NCBI GenBank assembly: GCA_965227515.1 | Contig: CBDDFZ010000001.1 | Coordinates: 3,968,001 to 4,032,000, forward strand | From: Alphaproteobacteria bacterium | Lineage (GTDB): Bacteria > Pseudomonadota > Alphaproteobacteria > CALKHQ01 | Reading direction: 5' to 3' | Length of the DNA: 64,000 bases | Shown: in pieces, positions 28,979 through 40,729 of the stretch | Numbering within the stretch: the first letter of the stretch is position 1 | Layout: the number at the start of each line of letters is the position of its first letter | Made by a program: the position numbers and the translations under genes | Notes under the pieces: model-generated | Databases searched by the model: none | What the model was told of the DNA's origin: nothing | What the model saw: the letters and a program-made list of their open reading frames with translations, nothing else

Positions 28979-31051
28979 CTAGTTGATCTTGATGATGCCG
29001 CCCTTCAGCGCCAGCACCCCGCTGCCCTGCACGGTCGCCATGGCGCCCTCCAGGGTAGCGGCCCCGGTGGCCGAGGCCTTGACCAGCGTGCCGTTGATGG
29101 TGACGCCGGACATGTCGATCTTCACGCTGTTGGAGCCGACCTTGAGCTCGATGCCCTGCATCGCCTCCATGGTGATCTTACCCGCCGACGCCTTGATGGT
29201 GATGTTACCGGTGTTGGCCGTCAGCGTGTCGTCGCCTGACGATACCGTGACCTTGCGGTCGCCGGAACTGACCGTCAGCGCGTGGTCGCCGGTGACGTCA
29301 TAGGTCGCATCGCCCTGTATCGTCTCGGAGGAGTCGCCCTGCACGGTGTCGCTGCGGTCGCCCTCGATGGTGACCGTCTCGTCGGCTTTCACCGTCTCGG
29401 TGCGGTTGTTCTCGATCGTGATGGTCTCGTCGTTCTTGACGGTCTCGGTGCGGTCATTCTCGATCGTGATGGTCTGATCGTTGCCGACATCCAGGGTGTC
29501 GTCGTTCTCGACCTCGCGCTTGAAGTCCTTCTCGGCGTGGAAGAAGATTTCCTCCGAGCCCTTCTTGTCCTCGAACCTGAGCTCGTTCGCCGTGTCGGTC
29601 GAGCCTCCGGTCGAACTGCGGGTCAGGATGCCGGACTGGGTCTTGTTGCTGTCCAGCGTGTAGGGCGTGCCGTTGTCGCCATTGTAGACGGTGCCGACCA
29701 CCAGCGGCCGGTCGGGGTCGCCGTCCAGGAACTCGACCACCACTTCCATGCCGACCCGCGGCGTGAAGATGGTGCCCCAGTTCTTGCCCGACCACATCTG
29801 CGCCACCCTGACCCAGCACGACGAGTTTTCGTCGGACTTGCCGTAACGGTCCCAGTGGAACTGCACTTTGACGCGGCCGTACTTGTCGCAGTAGATCTCC
29901 TGGCCCGACTGGCCGACGACAATGGCGGTCTGCGGCCCATGCACCATAGGCTTCGGCGTTTCGCGCGCCGGCCGGAACACCGTGTCGGCGGGCACGCAGC
30001 TGAACGAGTTGGAGTAGCTCTCGCCCCCCGCCATGCCGCTGACCAGGGTGCCGCCGCTCGCGCTGTGGCTGACCGAGGTCAGCACGAACTGGTTGTTCGA
30101 GGCCCCGGTCACCGGCTCGTTCTTCAGGGTAAACTTGCCGCCCGGATAGAACGAGGCCAGGTCGCCGTCGCCGTCGATGATCTCGTAGCGGCCCTCCAGC
30201 TCGGTCATCCTGACCTTCGTCAGCATGGTGCCGTTCGATTTCTGCACGTATCCGCCGGGATAGTGGAAGCGCTCGTAGCTGCTGAACGCACTGACGTCGA
30301 CGGAGGTGTCGGACTCCGCTTCCAGGCTCTTCACATTGCCGGGATTCTCGAAATCGAAGTCCCGCTGCACCCACTTGCCGGACTGGAACTCATAGCGCGG
30401 CCGCCAGTTGTTGACCGCACGGGAAAGCATCGTGTCGGTATTGTAGGTGACCTCTTCCTCGTCGACGTCGCCATAGCCGGACACGTGGTCCGACAGCACC
30501 ATGGTGTGCTCGCCGTCCTTGTGCTCGAAGTAGTAGTAGATGCCCTCTTCCTGCATCAGGCGCTGGGTGAAATCCAGGCAGGACTCACCGTACTGAACGC
30601 AGTACTCACGCTCGGCGTGGGTCTCGTTCATGGCGCCCTTGCGGTAGGCCGTGAAGCTGCAGGCCTTGAACACATCCTCGATGATGGCGACCGCAGTCTT
30701 GCTTTGAAAAATCTTGAAGTCGACGGTCTGCGACAACAGCCAGAATTCCGGCACGATCTCGGCCGAGTAGCTGCGCAGGTCGCGGGTCGCCATTGGGCCG
30801 ACCGAAAACCGCCGCACGATGCCGTTGATATACCGAGGATCGCTGGACGGCCGCTTGATTGTGACGGTGACCGACTTGCCCAGGATATCGCTGGGCTTGA
30901 GGCTGCCGTCCTGCGACAGAAGGTCGAGCCGGAATTCGAACGGGCGCGACATGCGCTCGACGCCGTTCAGGCCGGAGATCAGCAGTACATCCTGGCCAAG
31001 CGGAGTGTCTACCGACAGCCAGCGATCGCCCTGCTCGATGGTTTCACTCAA
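28979..31051 (-). CDS. vgrG: T6SS spike VgrG (no C-terminal effector extension)
   Basis: YCVQYGES, GIYYYFEH, GPQTAIVVG, GRVKVQFHWDR, PRVGMEV, DPDRP; gp5-like octad repeats at the C-terminus. Confidence 0.95.
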   Translation of the reverse strand: MSETIEQGDRWLSVDTPLGQDVLLISGLNGVERMSRPFEFRLDLLSQDGSLKPSDILGKSVTVTIKRPSSDPRYINGIVRRFSVGPMATRDLRSYSAEIVPEFWLLSQTVDFKIFQSKTAVAIIEDVFKACSFTAYRKGAMNETHAEREYCVQYGESCLDFTQRLMQEEGIYYYFEHKDGEHTMVLSDHVSGYGDVDEEEVTYNTDTMLSRAVNNWRPRYEFQSGKWVQRDFDFENPGNVKSLEAESDTSVDVSAFSSYERFHYPGGYVQKSNGTMLTKVRMTELEGRYEIIDGDGDLASFYPGGKFTLKNEPVTGASNNQFVLTSVSHSASGGTLVSGMAGGESYSNSFSCVPADTVFRPARETPKPMVHGPQTAIVVGQSGQEIYCDKYGRVKVQFHWDRYGKSDENSSCWVRVAQMWSGKNWGTIFTPRVGMEVVVEFLDGDPDRPLVVGTVYNGDNGTPYTLDSNKTQSGILTRSSTGGSTDTANELRFEDKKGSEEIFFHAEKDFKREVENDDTLDVGNDQTITIENDRTETVKNDETITIENNRTETVKADETVTIEGDRSDTVQGDSSETIQGDATYDVTGDHALTVSSGDRKVTVSSGDDTLTANTGNITIKASAGKITMEAMQGIELKVGSNSVKIDMSGVTINGTLVKASATGAATLEGAMATVQGSGVLALKGGIIKIN

Positions 31052-31125
31052 TCAGCCGACTCCCGATCAGGGATATGTCCATTTGCGTCGTGCCGTGCGC
31101 ACAGCGGCGCCACACGACGATCGGC

Positions 31126-31166
31126 ACAAAAACATTGGGCCTGCGAGGATTCCTGCGCAGGCCCAA
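31126..31166 (-). terminator. Intrinsic terminator between hcp and vgrG
   Basis: 11-bp stem TTGGGCCTGCG/CGCAGGCCCAA (31135-31166) followed by TGTTTTT on the minus strand. Confidence 0.7.
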
Positions 31167-31203
31167 CGGTTTTCGGGTCGGGCAGCGCCCGCAACGGTAT
31201 GCG

Positions 31204-31683
31204 TTAGACCGACTTGCCAGTCGAAATGTCAAAGCCCTTGGTCTTCGGATCGCCCAGCGTACCGTCCACCTTGCGCTCGGTATTGGTAATGCTGATCTTG
31301 GTGAAGTTCAGGCTGATCGACTCAGAGGGCTGGTCGCCGCCCGAGGACGCTGAATAGCCGCTGATCAGCACGTTCTCCAGCGTAATCACCAGGTACTTCT
31401 CGCCCGGGTCGCCGGTCTGGATGAACGTGAATTCCGCCTTCATGCCGGCTTCCTTGCCGACGCAGGCCGACGCGAACAGCTCGGTCGAGCAGTTGTCCAG
31501 CGACTTGGTGAAGGTCACTTCACTGACGCTGGCATTGGATGACTCACGGCTCAGGGCGGAACCGGTCGGCGTCATGATCGATCGGCCGACGCCGAACTGA
31601 ATGCTGTTGCACTCAATTTGCTTCTCATAACCCGACGTGGTGACGTTTCCCTCGTACTTGCCCAGCTTCAAATAGATTGGCAT
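31204..31683 (-). CDS. hcp: T6SS tube protein Hcp
   Basis: IYLK, SEVTFTKSLD, ITLENVLIS, ESISLNFTKI; 159 aa. Confidence 0.95.
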   Translation of the reverse strand: MPIYLKLGKYEGNVTTSGYEKQIECNSIQFGVGRSIMTPTGSALSRESSNASVSEVTFTKSLDNCSTELFASACVGKEAGMKAEFTFIQTGDPGEKYLVITLENVLISGYSASSGGDQPSESISLNFTKISITNTERKVDGTLGDPKTKGFDISTGKSV

Positions 31684-31960
31684 CGTTCCGACTCCCGGTT
31701 CCGTTGGCTATAGGCGGGGGACCAGCGCAACAGCTCCCCAGATGCGAGGCGACTGTAGCATTGGCATTTGGATTTCCTCAAGGCGATTTGCCCTGCGAGC
31801 ACCTTAGACTGTGATAACTTAATACAGGGTTGGCGACACGACAGTGACGCCTGTCACGGCGTGAATACAACATTGTCTGCATCGGCGCACTGGAGCATCG
31901 GGATAGCTTGCTTACCCCCGTTCGGGGTAGTGGCCCGCCGGCTGCGGGCCGCGAGAAGAT

Positions 31961-33058
31961 TCATACCACGGTGAACTGGGCGTCCGAGGCGTCGTGTGCC
32001 ATCGGCCCGCACTTGGCCCAGGTGTTCAGGCCCAACCGTGGGCCGCTGGGGCCGTCCAGCAACTGACAGTCGGGAATATTGTCTTTGGCGATGGTGAGCC
32101 GCAGCACCACCGCGAACGTCAGGCCCAGATACATCAGCAGCAACGCGCGCAGACGCTGATAACCGGGCTGGCCTGGCAACAGGTCGCTGAAGGTCGCCAA
32201 CGACAGCGGCCCCACTTCCAACCTGATCATGCTTTGCACGTCCCACACCCGCGTGCCGGCCAGCGCGGTGATGCCGAGCTGGGCGTTCAGCCCGCGCGGA
32301 TGGCGCGGCGACGGCAACTGCGTGCGCACATCGGGCGCCAGGGTCATCCAGTGGCCATGGAACTGGCGCACCTTCACCCGCCGGGCGAAGAAGTCCGACA
32401 GCACCGCCTGCAGCCCCTGCACCGAGCGCGGCCAGTGGCTGAAGTGGCCCGCATAGTGCAGATAGGTCTGGTCGTTGACCGATTGCCGCGAGCGCTGTTT
32501 CGACTGCGCCAGGCCGACACTGGCCGCCACCAGCCGGCTGACCCCATCGCCGCCGCGGCCGTGGTCGCTCTCGAACGAGAACGGCATGCGGTATTTCTGC
32601 CAGGCGCGATAGAACAGCGAGATCGTGCGGTGATTGAACAGGTCCAGGAAATCGCGCAGCGCGAAACTGCGGTCGCGGATCGAACGGACCAGTACCTCGG
32701 TATAGACCTGCGGCAGCACGCCGGAGGGACCGGTCAGCCCCATCAGGTCGACCACCAGTTGCGGCGGCGCGGCACGCGGTGCCGGCGCGCCCTCAACCGC
32801 CTGCGGCGGCGGCGCCTGCATCATGCGGCGCGCCTCGCTGGCCGAGAACGTCAGGCTGGGCGAGGCCCGGAACCGCACGACCTCGTCGCGCGGCGCCGCA
32901 TCGCGCCCGACCGGCCGGTCCGCGCGCGGCACCAGCGGTGCGCCGACCCGCGCCGCCTGCTCCAGCATCCGCACGGCTTGGAAGAACGAGACCGTGTTGG
33001 GCGCCGACTGCAGGCGCGCCATCAGATCAGCGTCTGATCGCCCGCCCTTGGTGGCCAT
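31961..33058 (-). CDS. tssG: T6SS baseplate TssG
   Basis: FFQAVRMLE, GLTGPSGVLP, DFLDLFNHR, LFYRAWQKY, RLGLNTW. Confidence 0.9.
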   Translation of the reverse strand: MATKGGRSDADLMARLQSAPNTVSFFQAVRMLEQAARVGAPLVPRADRPVGRDAAPRDEVVRFRASPSLTFSASEARRMMQAPPPQAVEGAPAPRAAPPQLVVDLMGLTGPSGVLPQVYTEVLVRSIRDRSFALRDFLDLFNHRTISLFYRAWQKYRMPFSFESDHGRGGDGVSRLVAASVGLAQSKQRSRQSVNDQTYLHYAGHFSHWPRSVQGLQAVLSDFFARRVKVRQFHGHWMTLAPDVRTQLPSPRHPRGLNAQLGITALAGTRVWDVQSMIRLEVGPLSLATFSDLLPGQPGYQRLRALLLMYLGLTFAVVLRLTIAKDNIPDCQLLDGPSGPRLGLNTWAKCGPMAHDASDAQFTVV

Positions 33059-34839
33059 TTCAGTGGCGCTCCCTTGCGGCCGCGCACATGCGCGACCAAT
33101 TGCGTGAACCCGTTGACCCAGGTGTACATGCCGAAGAAGCGCTCCAGCACGCTGGCCATCAGGTAGAGGCCCTGGCCGGTGAACTGCCCCGGGTCCAGGG
33201 TGACGTGGATCTGCAGGCCCCGGCACACCGCGCCGGCGACACCGCCCGGTGCGCGCGCGGTCGCCGCTTCCGCGCGCACGTCGACCACCCCGCCGATCAT
33301 GCTGCGGGTCTCCGGCGCGTTGCGGAAGTCGTACAGCGACAGGATCTCGCGCAGGCTGGCCGCCGCCTCGTCACCCACCAGCGACAGGTGGTTCAGCGCC
33401 AGGTGCGAGACCAGTCCGAAATACCCCTCCTCGCCGCGCGGCGGGCGCAGGGTGGGCGTCGGCGCGGTCACGCACGAGATCGAGGTGATCGCCGCATTCG
33501 GCTCGCTGAGATCGAGCGCCGGCTGGCCGCCGCCGAACGGCAGGTCCGCCGGCACGTCGCGGTTCAGGCAGGTGGTCTCGATCGACAGCACCAGGTCCTC
33601 GGGCACGTTGGGCTGGAACGCCAGGTCGACCAGCGCCAGATAGGTCTGCGACCCGGTCAGCTTGCCGATGGATTGCTCGCGTCGCGCATGCCAGTAACGG
33701 TGGCCCGGGCTGTCGGTCTCGGCATGATGCAGGCCGAAGAAGCTGTTGAACGATACCCGCTCGCCTTCCTTGGTGGTGCCGGCCACATCGTCGACGGAAT
33801 AGACCTCGACACCGCGCGGGCGGCGCGCGTCGGGCACCACCCGGTACTCGTGGGTGGTCTGGGTCAGGCGGATCGGGTCGGCGCGCTGCTTGAACAGATT
33901 GACGATGGGCGCGCAGCCGAGCGCAAAGGTGGACTCGCTGACGCCGCGCTCCAGCACCGTGCTCGACCGGTCGAAATAGACGAAGATCTCCAGCGTGCGC
34001 CCAGCGCCGCGCAAGGTCTTGCCGTCGAACCCAGCGATATCGAAGAACAGGAACTTTTCCGGGAACACGAAGAACTCGGTCAGCAGCCGGTAGCCGATGA
34101 ACGAGCGCGGCGAATAGGGCAGCATGCCCTCGTCTTCCTCAAACCCAACCGCACGGATGACATCGGTATCGCAGATCACCGGCGACTGGTCGGAGGGCCC
34201 GTCGGCGAACGCCACCGAGACCGCATCGTTGAACAGCGCCTCATACAGCGGATAGACGGTCTGCGGCTGGCCGCGCAGGAAGAAACGCACGGTGTCGGGC
34301 GCCAGGTCGGTGAAGGTCATGCCGTCGTCGACGCACGACAGGGTCAGCCGCAACGCCGCCGGGGCGTGCGGCGCGCGCGGGTTCGGCGGCGCCACGATGG
34401 GGCTGCCATAGAACTGCGCGTTGTCCAGCTTGATCGGCCACACCGTGGTGTCGAAGCAAGTGCGGAACCGGCACGGCTCGCGACCCACCGGCTCGGTGTC
34501 GATCTCGGTGCCGCGCGGCAAGGTGACTGCGCCCTCCGAGGCCGGGTCGCAGCCGAACTGGGCGATCGCCATCGACGGGATCGGCGCCAGGAAGTGCGGG
34601 TAGAGGACGTCCAGCAGCGCGTCGGTCAGCTCGGGGAAGTCGTCGTCGAGCTTCATGCGCGTGCGCGCGTTCAGGAACGCGAACGCCTCGATCAGGCGCG
34701 AGACGTGGGGGTCTTCCACCGTGTCGCGGCTCAGCCGCAGGTGCCCGGCGACACGCGGATGCTTCTCGGCGAACTCCGCCGCCATCTGGCGCACGAAGGC
34801 CAGCTCGCGGTTGTAGTAGTCGAGCAGGTCCTCAGACAT
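33022..34839 (-). CDS. tssF: T6SS baseplate TssF
   Basis: LLDYYNREL, DPHVSRLIEAFA, GYRLLTEFF, NLF, WPPRAG. Confidence 0.95.
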   Translation of the reverse strand: MSEDLLDYYNRELAFVRQMAAEFAEKHPRVAGHLRLSRDTVEDPHVSRLIEAFAFLNARTRMKLDDDFPELTDALLDVLYPHFLAPIPSMAIAQFGCDPASEGAVTLPRGTEIDTEPVGREPCRFRTCFDTTVWPIKLDNAQFYGSPIVAPPNPRAPHAPAALRLTLSCVDDGMTFTDLAPDTVRFFLRGQPQTVYPLYEALFNDAVSVAFADGPSDQSPVICDTDVIRAVGFEEDEGMLPYSPRSFIGYRLLTEFFVFPEKFLFFDIAGFDGKTLRGAGRTLEIFVYFDRSSTVLERGVSESTFALGCAPIVNLFKQRADPIRLTQTTHEYRVVPDARRPRGVEVYSVDDVAGTTKEGERVSFNSFFGLHHAETDSPGHRYWHARREQSIGKLTGSQTYLALVDLAFQPNVPEDLVLSIETTCLNRDVPADLPFGGGQPALDLSEPNAAITSISCVTAPTPTLRPPRGEEGYFGLVSHLALNHLSLVGDEAAASLREILSLYDFRNAPETRSMIGGVVDVRAEAATARAPGGVAGAVCRGLQIHVTLDPGQFTGQGLYLMASVLERFFGMYTWVNGFTQLVAHVRGRKGAPLKWPPRAGDQTLI

Positions 34840-35323
34840 CCATCACGCTCCTGACCGTGAACGTCCGGGTCACCGGCTCCAACAGGCTGTCATAGGCGAC
34901 CAGCTCCGGCACCGGCTCGGCCGCGATCACCGCATCGATCCTCAGCCGCACCGTGCGCTCCAGCGAATCGTCGTCATGCACCAGGGTAACGTGAACCTCG
35001 CGGAACCGGGGCTCGAACCGCCGGATCGACGCCTCCACCTCGGCGCGTAGCGCCTCACGCTCGGTCTCCGAGGCAATCGAGGCACCGGCGAAGTCTGGCA
35101 CGCCATAGTTCACCAGCGACAGCGGCAGCTCGTCCAGGCCCTTGGGCAGCTCGAAACAGCTCTGGCGGGTGTTCAGCAGCATTTCCAGGTCGCGGCCCAC
35201 CGCCCGGCGCAGATGGTCGATGGTGTAGGACTGGCTGTCGCGCAGCGACGTGATCTCGGTACCGAGCAGCAGCCGGTCGAGCACCGACAGCAGGGGGCGC
35301 TGTTCTTCCTGGTTATCGGACAC
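34832..35323 (-). CDS. tssE: T6SS baseplate TssE (gp25-like)
   Basis: SVLDRL, RDLEMLLNTR, YGVPD, FEPR. Confidence 0.9.
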   Translation of the reverse strand: MSDNQEEQRPLLSVLDRLLLGTEITSLRDSQSYTIDHLRRAVGRDLEMLLNTRQSCFELPKGLDELPLSLVNYGVPDFAGASIASETEREALRAEVEASIRRFEPRFREVHVTLVHDDDSLERTVRLRIDAVIAAEPVPELVAYDSLLEPVTRTFTVRSVMDV

Positions 35324-35367
35324 GCGGCACGCTCGTGTGGGTATTCATGATTACAGGCACGATGAGG

Positions 35368-36792
35368 CTAGGACCGCTGCGCCGAGCGCATCTCGGTGAC
35401 CAGCTCGAAGGCCGACGCCAACTGGTCGAGCTGGAAGTGCGGGCGCAGGTGCACGGTGGCGAAGTACTGGCCGGGGCGGCCCGGCGGCTCGCGCACGATG
35501 ACCCGCGCCTCGCGCAGCGGATAGCGCGCGCGACGATCCTCGCTGCCGTCGTCGCTGGCATCGACATAGCCGCGCAGCCATTCCGCCAGTTGGCGCTCGC
35601 AATCCTCCGGCGACGCAAACGAGCCGACCTTGTCGCGCCCCATCACCTTCACGTAGTGGGCGAAGCGCGACACGCAGAGCACATATTGCAGCATGGTCGA
35701 CATGCGCGCGTTCACCCGCGCCGCCTCGGCACCATAGCGGCGCGGCACCTGCAGCGACTGGTTGCTGTAGAACGCCGAGTAGGGCGAGTCCTTGCAGTTG
35801 AGGAGCGGGATCACACCGCTGTCGCTGAGCGCAATGTCCTGGGTCTCGGTCAGCGAAACATCGGTGGAGAACTTCATCGCCGCACCCTCGCGGTCGGTGT
35901 GGAAGCTGTCCACGGGCAGGTCGGTGACCAGCCCGCCGCTGATCGAGCCGCGCCGCGCACCGCGTATGTCGGCAAACCAGCCGAACGACGAGAAGGCGCG
36001 GATCAGAGTGCGCCCGAAGGCGTAGATCGCGCTGCCCCACAGGTAGTTGTCGCCGCTCAGCGGGTCGACGTCCTCGTGGAAGCGCAGCGTGTCGCGGCGG
36101 CGTCCGACATCCCGATACGGCGTGCGCATCAGCACGTGCGGCATGGTGATGCCCATGAAACGGCTGTCGTCGCTCTCCTGCAGCCCGCGCCAACGCGCGT
36201 ACTCGGGCTGCTGGAACATGCCGTGGAAGTCGGTGGTCGCGCCGAGGTCGGAGAAACGCTCGACGCCCAGCAATGCCGGCGACGCCCCGATGATAATGGG
36301 CGCGAAGGCGGCGGCCGCCACTTCCGCCAGCCGCTTCAGCGTCGACACATCATCGGTCGGCTTGTCGGCGGTCGGCGTGTGCTGGATTTCGTAGTCCATC
36401 AACAGCACGCCATAGGGTTCACCGCCCGGAATGCCGAACTCCTCGTCATAGACCTTGTCGAAGAGCTGGCTCTGGTCGAACTCGATGGCGCGTTCCAGGT
36501 CGCGGCAGATCGACCGCCACGTCACGTTCAGCAGCTTGACCTTGATCCGCTCCTTGACGCCGATCGCGGCCACCAGATAGGCGACGCCGCGCCAACTTGC
36601 CTCCAGCTTCTGAAATCTCGGGTGGTGCAGGATCGCGTTGAGCTGGCTCTCGATCCGTTGGTCGAGGTCGGCGATGGTGCGCTCCAGAATGCCGAGCACC
36701 GCCGCGCGCCGACGTGCCGGCTGCTCGGCCAGCACGTGCTGCAACCCGCGCAGCATCGTCACGCCAGGATTGGCCGGCCACGGCGCGTTCAC
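35368..36792 (-). CDS. tssC: T6SS sheath large subunit, second divergent copy (TssC2)
   Basis: QLNAILHHPRFQKLEASWRG, EFGIPGGEPYG, SRFAHYVKV, LRPHFQL. Confidence 0.9.
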   Translation of the reverse strand: MNAPWPANPGVTMLRGLQHVLAEQPARRRAAVLGILERTIADLDQRIESQLNAILHHPRFQKLEASWRGVAYLVAAIGVKERIKVKLLNVTWRSICRDLERAIEFDQSQLFDKVYDEEFGIPGGEPYGVLLMDYEIQHTPTADKPTDDVSTLKRLAEVAAAAFAPIIIGASPALLGVERFSDLGATTDFHGMFQQPEYARWRGLQESDDSRFMGITMPHVLMRTPYRDVGRRRDTLRFHEDVDPLSGDNYLWGSAIYAFGRTLIRAFSSFGWFADIRGARRGSISGGLVTDLPVDSFHTDREGAAMKFSTDVSLTETQDIALSDSGVIPLLNCKDSPYSAFYSNQSLQVPRRYGAEAARVNARMSTMLQYVLCVSRFAHYVKVMGRDKVGSFASPEDCERQLAEWLRGYVDASDDGSEDRRARYPLREARVIVREPPGRPGQYFATVHLRPHFQLDQLASAFELVTEMRSAQRS

Positions 36793-36817
36793 CCGCCCAA
36801 CTCCGTCATCGTGGGAC

Positions 36818-36854
36818 GAAAACGCAAACGCCCGCCGGCCAAGGCCAGCGGGCG
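36818..36854 (-). terminator. Intrinsic terminator/attenuator between tssC1 and tssC2
   Basis: Stem CGCCCGCTGGCC/GGCCGGCGGGCG followed by TTTGCGTTTT on the minus strand. Confidence 0.6.
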
Positions 36855-36947
36855 CGCGTCAAACATATTCGTGCCGCCGGCCGCAGCCGCCCATCGGCCC
36901 ATCCGGGCCGGCTGGCAGCGTGCGGTCGATGGCAGCACCACGTGGCG

Positions 36948-38440
<1,493 letters not shown>

Positions 38441-38441
<1 letters not shown>

Positions 38442-38971
38442 TATTCAGACCCCTCCCCGTCGGGCTTCGATTCCCCGGCCTCGACGCCGAGTTGGTCACC
38501 AAGCGACTTCAGTTCCTCGCTGTTCTGCAGCACCTGCTCCAGCAGGTTCTCCAGGTCCTCCGAGCGGTCCACCTTCGACATCAGGTCGCGCAGCTTGTTG
38601 CGGGTCTCCAACAGCTTGCGCAACGGCTCGACCTGGTTGACCACGCTGGTCGGGTCGAAGTCGTCCATCGACGAGAACTTCAGGTCGACCGCCATCTCGC
38701 TGCCGTCGCCGGCCAGCGTGTTCTCGACCTTCATCTGCAGGCCCGGCGTCATGCGCTTCATGACGTCGTTGAAGTTGTCGCGGTCGATCTGGACGAACTT
38801 GCGGTCCTTCAAAGACTTCAAGGGCTCGGTCGGATCGCCGGAGAAGTCGCCGAGCACGCCGACCACGAACGGCAGCTCGCGCTCCACCATGGCGCCCTCG
38901 GTCTCGACTTCGTACTTGATGTGGACGCGTGGCTTGCGAACCCGCTCCAACTTGTTGTGTATGCTCGCCAT
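38441..38971 (-). CDS. tssB: T6SS sheath small subunit TssB
   Basis: [32 protein letters not shown]. Confidence 0.95.
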
Positions 38972-39297
38972 CGGAATTCACGCCTCCAAATGTCTGATGG
39001 TTGGCGGCCGGCCTGGCCTGAACGAATGCGCACTCGGCTGACCCAGGTCCGTCCTCGGCCTGGTCCCGGTCGATGGTCCGGCTGGGGTGCCGGACGTCAA
39101 ACGTAACCAAAGCAAGGACATGGACGCCATCGCTCGTGCGCAGGCCCATATCTCACAGCCAGGTTACTGATTTGCAACCATCGCCACTGCATTGGTATCA
39201 AGGGAGGTGGATACTAACGCCTCACACCCCTGTTTTGAAACAAATTTGCGTGCCTCAGAAGCATACCCCCGAAAGGATGTAACGGGTGTGATGCCGA

Positions 39298-40443
39298 TCA
39301 TTCCTCGTCGGGCTGTTCGATGCTGTTGCGCATGCCGGCGATGGTCACGAAGGTGCGCCGCGCGTCCTCGTCCGGAATAAGCTCCCGGATCAGGTCGGAC
39401 AGCGGCATGCGGCCGCGCCGCACCAATTCCTCCAGCGTGAACGAGATCGGCGAGTGCGGTTCGTTCTTGCGGAAGTACTCCGCCGCCTTCAGCACCAGGC
39501 GGAATGCGTCCTCGCGATTGTTGATCACGTCCGGCCTGGCCGCCGCCGGTGCCGCGCCGCCTGCCGCCGGGGCTCCGCCCTCCGCCGCGGCCGCCGCCTC
39601 GCCGTCCTCGCCCTCGGCCGGCTCGTCGCCGCCGTCAAGCGGCAGCCGGTCGCGCGCCACGTATCTCACCAGGTCGAGCACTTCGTTCAGCGCCGAGCGG
39701 ATCTGGCCGACCGGCGGCCCATCGGCGCCGCACTTCTCGGTCAGGGTTGCGTCCAGCGCGGCAAACGCCTCCACCGCCGCCTCGCCGTCCTCGATCAGCG
39801 CGACATAGAAGTCCGACGACGTCGATGCCACGGCGGCATTGAACTGGTCGATGGTCAGCGCGCCGGCGGCGATCCGCGCCTCGCGCTTCTCTTCATCGGT
39901 AATCTGCGACAGCGCGCTGGCCTGCTGATGATGCCACAGCGCCATCGGCCCCAGGTCGCCTGGCTCGGTGAGCGGGATCTGGCGGATCGGCTGGATCAGG
40001 GTGCCGTCCGCGCCCTCGCCGTTCAGGCCGGTCAGCGGCGCGATCTTGGTCTCCAGGCCATCCTCGTCTTCCAGCGGATAGACGTCGTCCCAGTAGAGCT
40101 TGATGATCTCGTCGGTCAGGCGGAACCCGTCGCGAAGCCCGGCGAAGCCATGGAACCGCACCAGCGCCTCGGTGATCCAGGCGCACACCTCCAGGTCCTT
40201 CGCCTTCTCCTGCAGCGCCTCCGGCCCCATCTCCAGGATGTTGCTCCAGGCCGCGGGCACATGGTCGCTTTCGCCCTCCATCGCCGCCGACCGTTCCTCG
40301 GCCCGTGCGGTCGACCGGGCATCCTTCAGCGCGAAATAGACCGATGTCGGCGACGCATCGTTGCGCAAATCCTCGCCAACGGGATTGTCGTCGCTGATGG
40401 GCTGCGTCAGTGCAGCAATGTCCAGGATTTCCGGTGTCGCCAT
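39298..40443 (-). CDS. tssA: T6SS TssA (ImpA N-terminal domain)
   Basis: PISDDNPVGEDLR, KDLEVCAW, REDAFR, EPHSPIS. Confidence 0.9.
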   Translation of the reverse strand: MATPEILDIAALTQPISDDNPVGEDLRNDASPTSVYFALKDARSTARAEERSAAMEGESDHVPAAWSNILEMGPEALQEKAKDLEVCAWITEALVRFHGFAGLRDGFRLTDEIIKLYWDDVYPLEDEDGLETKIAPLTGLNGEGADGTLIQPIRQIPLTEPGDLGPMALWHHQQASALSQITDEEKREARIAAGALTIDQFNAAVASTSSDFYVALIEDGEAAVEAFAALDATLTEKCGADGPPVGQIRSALNEVLDLVRYVARDRLPLDGGDEPAEGEDGEAAAAAEGGAPAAGGAAPAAARPDVINNREDAFRLVLKAAEYFRKNEPHSPISFTLEELVRRGRMPLSDLIRELIPDEDARRTFVTIAGMRNSIEQPDEE

Positions 40444-40729
40444 GGGGGGTCGTTCCTATGCGAGTATTCGGGCGAATGGTGTGGCGCCGGGTCGCGGTGC
40501 GCCCTCCATCTAGCATATGGTCGCGCATTGAGGATAGCGCGCCTGGGGCGCACGGTCGTTGCGGGCCGCCACAACGGCGGAGCGCGTGTTGCGCCTGTGC
40601 TAGGAATACATTAGTCCAACTGTCGCATAATCTGCCCCAGCCCCGCCAAAATCTGGCGGCAGATTCCGAAATATTGGCCGCCCCAACCGATCGTCCGCCA
40701 ATCGATCATTCGCCAGTGGCAGAGAACCG

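Noticed and set aside
29230-29520. 24/48-bp tandem DNA repeats in the vgrG 3' region
   Set aside because: Explained by the ordinary gp5-type octapeptide beta-helix repeats of VgrG.
39172-39187. Sigma-54 promoter upstream of tssB (TGGCGATGGTTGCA), and TGGCACG at 17870
   Set aside because: GG-to-GC spacing is 8 rather than 10 at the first site. The second is on the wrong strand and lacks the -12 GC.
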